64,000 nucleotides of DNA from a virus: positions 31,438-95,437 of the IMG/VR virus record IMGVR_UViG_3300017917_005124; one strand, 5' to 3'. The translations under genes and the position numbers were made by a program. The stretch's first letter is position 1. Every line of letters begins with the position of its first letter. Shown in pieces: positions 59,557 to 64,000 of the stretch. Under the pieces are notes generated by a model. That model was not told the DNA's origin. It did no database searches and saw only the letters and a list, made by a program, of their open reading frames with translations.

Positions 59557-60594
59557 ATGTCAGAAATTAATACGGAAAATACGAAAAGTTTTTGGAAGCG
59601 CCCAGAGGGAGTTCCAGGAGCAATATTATTGGCTGGAATTGTAGGGGGGCTAGGATATCTACTATACAAGTGGATGCCCACACTTATTTCACTTGCTGAA
59701 AACACTATATATTTAGGTCTAATGTGCGCTGGAATATTTGCTGTCGGATATATGCTTTTTGACAGCAGAGTTAGAACTCTTATATGGTATTTCTATAAGA
59801 GTATGATACGAAAGGCTACGGGTGTTTTCATTCAGCTTGACCCAGTTGCAATTATTGAAGGATTTCTTGATGATTTAAAAAGTAAGATGGTTACAATGGA
59901 GAGTCAAATTGGTTCTCTTAAGGGTCAGATTAGAAAAATCAAGATGAAAACTGATGAGAAGAATGAGAAAAAGGATTACTACATGGGGATGGCAAATGCT
60001 GCCGCCAAAATAGGTGATGAAGCAAATCGAAATCTTAACCTAAGAAAGGCAATGAGAGAAGAGGAGGCTGCAAAAAAATTCTTAATTCTTTCCGAGAAAA
60101 CAGAAAAGTTATATATCATCCTTGATAAGATGAAGAAGTATTCTGGAATCATGGTTGAAGACATTTCTCATGAAATTGAAATAAAGAAAGAAGAGCGTGA
60201 AGTTATCAGAACGAGCCATAGTATTATGAAATCTGCAGTCAATATCATCAACGGTAACTCAGATAGAAAAGTGTTGTTCGACCAGGCCATGGAAGTTATC
60301 GTGGATGATATTGGGATGAGAATTGGTGAAATGGAGCGATTCATGGATGTATCTGCCGACTTTATGAATAACATGGACCTTGAGAATGCTATGTACGAAG
60401 AAAAGGGTCTTAAGGCTCTGGATGAGTGGGCAAACAAGGTTGATGAGAAATTTGATGCCAAGAACTATCAGTCTCCAGTTAAGGCTTTTGAAAAAGGAAG
60501 TGTAACATTTAAGGAGAAAGAGAAAGTGTCAATGACTCAATCTTCTGTAAATAATAGTAGTGCTAATTCTGGAACAAAGAATAAGTATTTCTAA
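59557..60594 (+). CDS. membrane-anchored coiled-coil protein (PspA-like, tentative)
   Basis: SFWKRPEG, two TM segments, DPVAII followed by long helices. Confidence 0.7.
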   Translation: MSEINTENTKSFWKRPEGVPGAILLAGIVGGLGYLLYKWMPTLISLAENTIYLGLMCAGIFAVGYMLFDSRVRTLIWYFYKSMIRKATGVFIQLDPVAIIEGFLDDLKSKMVTMESQIGSLKGQIRKIKMKTDEKNEKKDYYMGMANAAAKIGDEANRNLNLRKAMREEEAAKKFLILSEKTEKLYIILDKMKKYSGIMVEDISHEIEIKKEEREVIRTSHSIMKSAVNIINGNSDRKVLFDQAMEVIVDDIGMRIGEMERFMDVSADFMNNMDLENAMYEEKGLKALDEWANKVDEKFDAKNYQSPVKAFEKGSVTFKEKEKVSMTQSSVNNSSANSGTKNKYF

Positions 60595-60609
60595 AAAATT
60601 ATACGATGT

Positions 60610-60637
60610 TGAAACATTTTTAAATAAATATCGTATA
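60610..60637 (+). promoter_or_regulatory. ECF-type promoter TGAAAC-N16-CGTATA
   Basis: Exact motif upstream of the OmpA-domain gene. Confidence 0.7.
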
Positions 60638-60674
60638 ATTAAATAAATCTAAATTAATAATTAAAAAAAAAAGA

Positions 60675-62480
60675 ATGACACAGATTAAAAGGAAAATGAA
60701 ACCAGCGGCAAAATTCACAATTATGTTGATTGTTGGATTGGCCCTATTCTTCGGCATCAAAGCATTTATGCCAGAGAAAACTGCTGAATCAAAAGAGCTT
60801 AAAGCTTTAGTTATTGACTCTGAGAGTATGGATAATAAGATTGAAGAAAAATTATTACCTCTACCAAGTTCTATAATTTCTACAGAATTAGAGTCAAGTA
60901 AGTTAATTAGAATTGCTGAGTATGCATGGAATGGTAACTCTGGGATGATTGTTGCAAATGGAGGTCCGAAGACAACACAAGGTTCTTTAATGGAAGCATC
61001 TGGGGTTAACTTGGAAATCGTAAGACAAGATATGGTTGGAGGATTACGTGACATGCAGGTTAAGTTTGTTGAAGAAATGAATAGAGGAGTTCAGTATCCA
61101 CGTTCTGATAAGTCAGCATTTGCTGTAAGTATCATGGGCGATGGTGTCCCGTTCTATATCACAACTTTACAAAAGGCATTGGATGAGAAATTCGGAAAAG
61201 ATAAATTTCATGCTCAGTGTATAGGCGCAATTGGACTTTCATATGGAGAAGATAAATTAATCGGACCACGAAATTGGAGAGATAATCCACAGACACTTAG
61301 AGGAGCGGTTGTTTCTTCTGTGCTTGGAGATGGTGACTGGGTTGTTGCATGTAACTATGCATTCGCAAACGGTATTCCAGTGAATCCAGACCCTACAACT
61401 TATGATGCAAATGCACTTAACTTCGTTGCATCTGAAAATGATGACTACATTAACTCTGTTAAAGAATTAATTAAGTCTCAAAATGCTGGATATACAGTTC
61501 CTCTTAAGGAAGTCATCAAGGGTAAATTAACAGGTAAGATAGTTAATCGAAAGATTGATGGAGCGACTACATGGACACCAGGCGACCAAATGGCTTTTGA
61601 TGCATTAGCTGGATTTACAGATGTAGCATCAACAAAGGATTTCGTAAACCAAATGGCAACTTCAATTGTTGTAATTAAGGAGTGGGCGATTGCGCATGAG
61701 AAAGAAGTTATTGGAATGCTTAAAGCTACATACATTGCTACAAATCAAATTAAGCAACATGACCAATGGGCTAGAAAGGCTGCTGAGTGTGTAGCTGAAG
61801 CTTATAATTTTGAGACAGCTAACTACTGGTACACAATGTTTAAGGGTAAGAAAGGTGTTAAGGCAGGTCTTGAGTATAATGTTGGTGGAACACGAGTATT
61901 TAACTATGCAGATGCTATGCAATACTATGGTATCTCTGATGGTAAGAATCGTTACAAGTCAGTTTATGACCAAGTATCATTCTACTTAACAGACCTTAAT
62001 CCATTTGGATTTAATGAGGCAAACCCTGATGGAGTTGTAGCTTATGATGACGCTGTTAACTTGTACTTCTTGAAGTCAATCACAGGATTGGATGTTACAA
62101 AGGTTCAAAAAATGAACTATGCTGAAACTAAGACTAAAGTAATGGCAGATGGTCAGTGGAATATAAACTTTAACACAGCAAGTACTACAATCTCAGGCTC
62201 TGAGAGAGAACTTGAAACAATCTATAACTTGTTAATTCAAGCAGAGGATACAAAGCTTCGAGTGATTGGGCACACAGATAACGTAGGTAATCCAGAGTCA
62301 AATTTAATTTTGTCTAAGGGTCGTGCTAATGCTGTTGTTGATTACTTGGTTGGACGTGGAATCTCAAGAAGTCGAATTCAAGAGGTTGATGGACGTGGAG
62401 ACACTGAGCCAGTTGCAAGCAACGCAACTGCAGCAGGTAAGGCCTCTAACCGAAGAGTTGATATTACATTGTTGAAATAA
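60675..62480 (+). CDS. substrate-binding-like protein fused to an OmpA C-terminal domain
   Basis: N-terminal TM; SYGEDK; C-terminal INFNT..GHTDNVGNPESNLILSKGRA...NRRVDI. Confidence 0.88.
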   Translation: MTQIKRKMKPAAKFTIMLIVGLALFFGIKAFMPEKTAESKELKALVIDSESMDNKIEEKLLPLPSSIISTELESSKLIRIAEYAWNGNSGMIVANGGPKTTQGSLMEASGVNLEIVRQDMVGGLRDMQVKFVEEMNRGVQYPRSDKSAFAVSIMGDGVPFYITTLQKALDEKFGKDKFHAQCIGAIGLSYGEDKLIGPRNWRDNPQTLRGAVVSSVLGDGDWVVACNYAFANGIPVNPDPTTYDANALNFVASENDDYINSVKELIKSQNAGYTVPLKEVIKGKLTGKIVNRKIDGATTWTPGDQMAFDALAGFTDVASTKDFVNQMATSIVVIKEWAIAHEKEVIGMLKATYIATNQIKQHDQWARKAAECVAEAYNFETANYWYTMFKGKKGVKAGLEYNVGGTRVFNYADAMQYYGISDGKNRYKSVYDQVSFYLTDLNPFGFNEANPDGVVAYDDAVNLYFLKSITGLDVTKVQKMNYAETKTKVMADGQWNINFNTASTTISGSERELETIYNLLIQAEDTKLRVIGHTDNVGNPESNLILSKGRANAVVDYLVGRGISRSRIQEVDGRGDTEPVASNATAAGKASNRRVDITLLK

Positions 62481-62487
62481 TAACAAT

Positions 62488-62517
62488 AAGGCCTCCAGAA
62501 TCTGGAGGCCTTTTTTT
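62488..62517 (+). terminator. terminator / RNA-stabilising hairpin
   Basis: AAGGCCTCCAGA/TCTGGAGGCCTT plus T tract. Confidence 0.8.
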
Positions 62518-62527
62518 AAAGAAGAAT

Positions 62528-63298
62528 ATGAAAAAATTATTTACACCATTTCAAGAAATAAGCAAAACAAAAGAGAGGTTTATTTTAACTTCCTGGCTAA
62601 TAATGCTAATTTCTTTTTGGGTTGTTTGCAGTGCTGGTGAAACGCATATGTTCCCAACTCCAAAGCAAGTACTTCAAGGATTTGTTAACATTTGGAATGA
62701 TGGCTTAATGAATCACTTGCAGAGTTCTGTTTCACTTTGCTTAATAGCAATATTATACTCAACAATCATATCTCTATTGATTGTCTATATATCAAATCTT
62801 CCATTTATTAAGCCGCTTGGAAAATGGGTGTCAATGTTAAGATACTTACCTCTTACGGGAATTTCATTTTACATAACAATTCTTGTGGATGATGCAAGAA
62901 CAATTCAGGTATGGGTTCTGGTAATGTTTATGTCAACATTCTTAACAACAAGTCTCCTTCAAATGGTTAAGGATATTCCAGAAGAAGAATTTCAACATGC
63001 TAAGACACTTGGGTGCAATCGTTGGGAGATTCTGTGGGAAATTTTAATCAAGGGTAGATTTGACTACGTTCTTGAGCTTATTCGCCAAAATCTTGCAATT
63101 GTTTGGATGATGCTTGTTAGCATTGAATCAATTCTTGTTGCCGCTGGAGGTCTTGGAGTTTTAATTAAGAATCACGATAGACTTGGTAAGAACGGAGATG
63201 TAATAGCGACTCAAATTCTAATCATTATAATTGGATTGGGTCTTGATTATATTTTGACAAGAACACGCAAGTTATTATTTAGGTATTCAAGTTTTTAA
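62528..63298 (+). CDS. ABC permease (NitT/TauT-like)
   Basis: FPTP, LRYLP, EAA-like AKTLGCNRW, WMMLVSIE..GGLG; multiple TM segments. Confidence 0.88.
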   Translation: MKKLFTPFQEISKTKERFILTSWLIMLISFWVVCSAGETHMFPTPKQVLQGFVNIWNDGLMNHLQSSVSLCLIAILYSTIISLLIVYISNLPFIKPLGKWVSMLRYLPLTGISFYITILVDDARTIQVWVLVMFMSTFLTTSLLQMVKDIPEEEFQHAKTLGCNRWEILWEILIKGRFDYVLELIRQNLAIVWMMLVSIESILVAAGGLGVLIKNHDRLGKNGDVIATQILIIIIGLGLDYILTRTRKLLFRYSSF

Positions 63299-63317
63299 AA
63301 TTTTAAAAAGGAAAGTA

Positions 63318-63974
63318 TTAATACTTTCCTTTTTTTATTTCTCTATTTACTTTACTACAAAGTGGTTGTAAATTTGTATAATGATTTAGTTTAATTAAAT
63401 CATTTTCTGATTTTGCTGAGCATAATGGTATAATGTGGTCAATGTCCCAGTTTTTATTAAATTCTAAAATTTTATCTTTAGGATTTCCTTTGTTATCCCA
63501 ATTCATCCATATCTCAAATTTAGATTCAAGATAAGTTTTTAATTCTTCAAACGTGCAACCAAGTATCTCAAAAGCTTTAGATTTTTTAGTATATCCTTTG
63601 TTTCTAAACGCATGATAAATAGATGACCGAATATCTTTTGTTAATTTATATAAAGGGTCTTTTAGCCTCCTTTCTTTTTGGTACTGTCTTTTTTTATCCA
63701 AATTATTATTATACCATATTTTATTTATTTTTTTATAATAATTTGGATTATTAATAATTAAATTTTTTTGATATTCTTTAGCCCTTTCCTTATTGTTTTC
63801 ACGATATTTTTTAGCCGTTTCCTTTGTTCTTTCTGAATTACTGTCTTTATTTTTTTTAGTCCTTTTATTATCACATTCTTTGCAAGAATTTCTATGATTT
63901 TTGCAATCATTTCTTTTATAAAAATTTTCTATTGTTTTTTCTAAAAAACAAGTTCTACATATTTTAGTTTCCAT
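63318..63974 (-). CDS. HNH-type endonuclease with an N-terminal Zn finger
   Basis: CRTC..CKEC; LGCTFEEL..MNWDN..WDIDHIIPL..NHYTNLQPL. Confidence 0.8.
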   Translation of the reverse strand: METKICRTCFLEKTIENFYKRNDCKNHRNSCKECDNKRTKKNKDSNSERTKETAKKYRENNKERAKEYQKNLIINNPNYYKKINKIWYNNNLDKKRQYQKERRLKDPLYKLTKDIRSSIYHAFRNKGYTKKSKAFEILGCTFEELKTYLESKFEIWMNWDNKGNPKDKILEFNKNWDIDHIIPLCSAKSENDLIKLNHYTNLQPLCSKVNREIKKGKY

Positions 63975-64000
63975 GATTATCTTTTTTGTTAAAATATTCA

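Noticed and set aside
1168-61922. Many short antisense or out-of-frame ORFs nested in long genes
   Set aside because: They are shadow ORFs with no start context or motifs.
1-64000. Stop-codon recoding as in some large Bacteroidota phages
   Set aside because: Conserved genes are full length in code 11 and end in TAA, TAG or TGA. No suppressor tRNA is seen, and the single internal TAA at 47013 is isolated.

Overview
This is an AT-rich segment of a large tailed (myovirus-like, probably jumbo) phage genome in the standard genetic code. The host is most likely Bacteroidota, judging from the TAnnTTTG promoter boxes, A-rich translation starts and the host-like sigma70. Left to right it holds: a tail module (tape measure, repeat-rich tube-initiator-like protein, baseplate proteins, hub with a lysozyme-like domain); a replication and nucleotide module (PolA, RecA, 5'-3' exonuclease, DnaB, class Ia RNR with an intein, sigma70, dead DnaQ, UvrD, methyltransferase, SSB); a ClpC gene fractured by an atypically split intein and a free-standing endonuclease; a TnpB-only IS200/IS605 element; nucleotidases and an AAA-M41 protease; a tRNA cluster (4 Ser, Arg, atypical Trp, plus tRNA-like RNAs); and an envelope module (coiled-coil, OmpA/substrate-binding, ABC permease). 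Top candidate novelties: (1) a leader-peptide attenuator ahead of the tRNA cluster, whose WSSRWSRS control codons match the downstream tRNAs; (2) the trans-spliced ClpC; (3) a divergent, possibly virion-packaged sigma factor together with six TG(A/T)AAC-N16-CGTATA promoters; (4) an RNR intein followed by Gly rather than a nucleophile. All family assignments come from motif recognition by eye; no searches were run.
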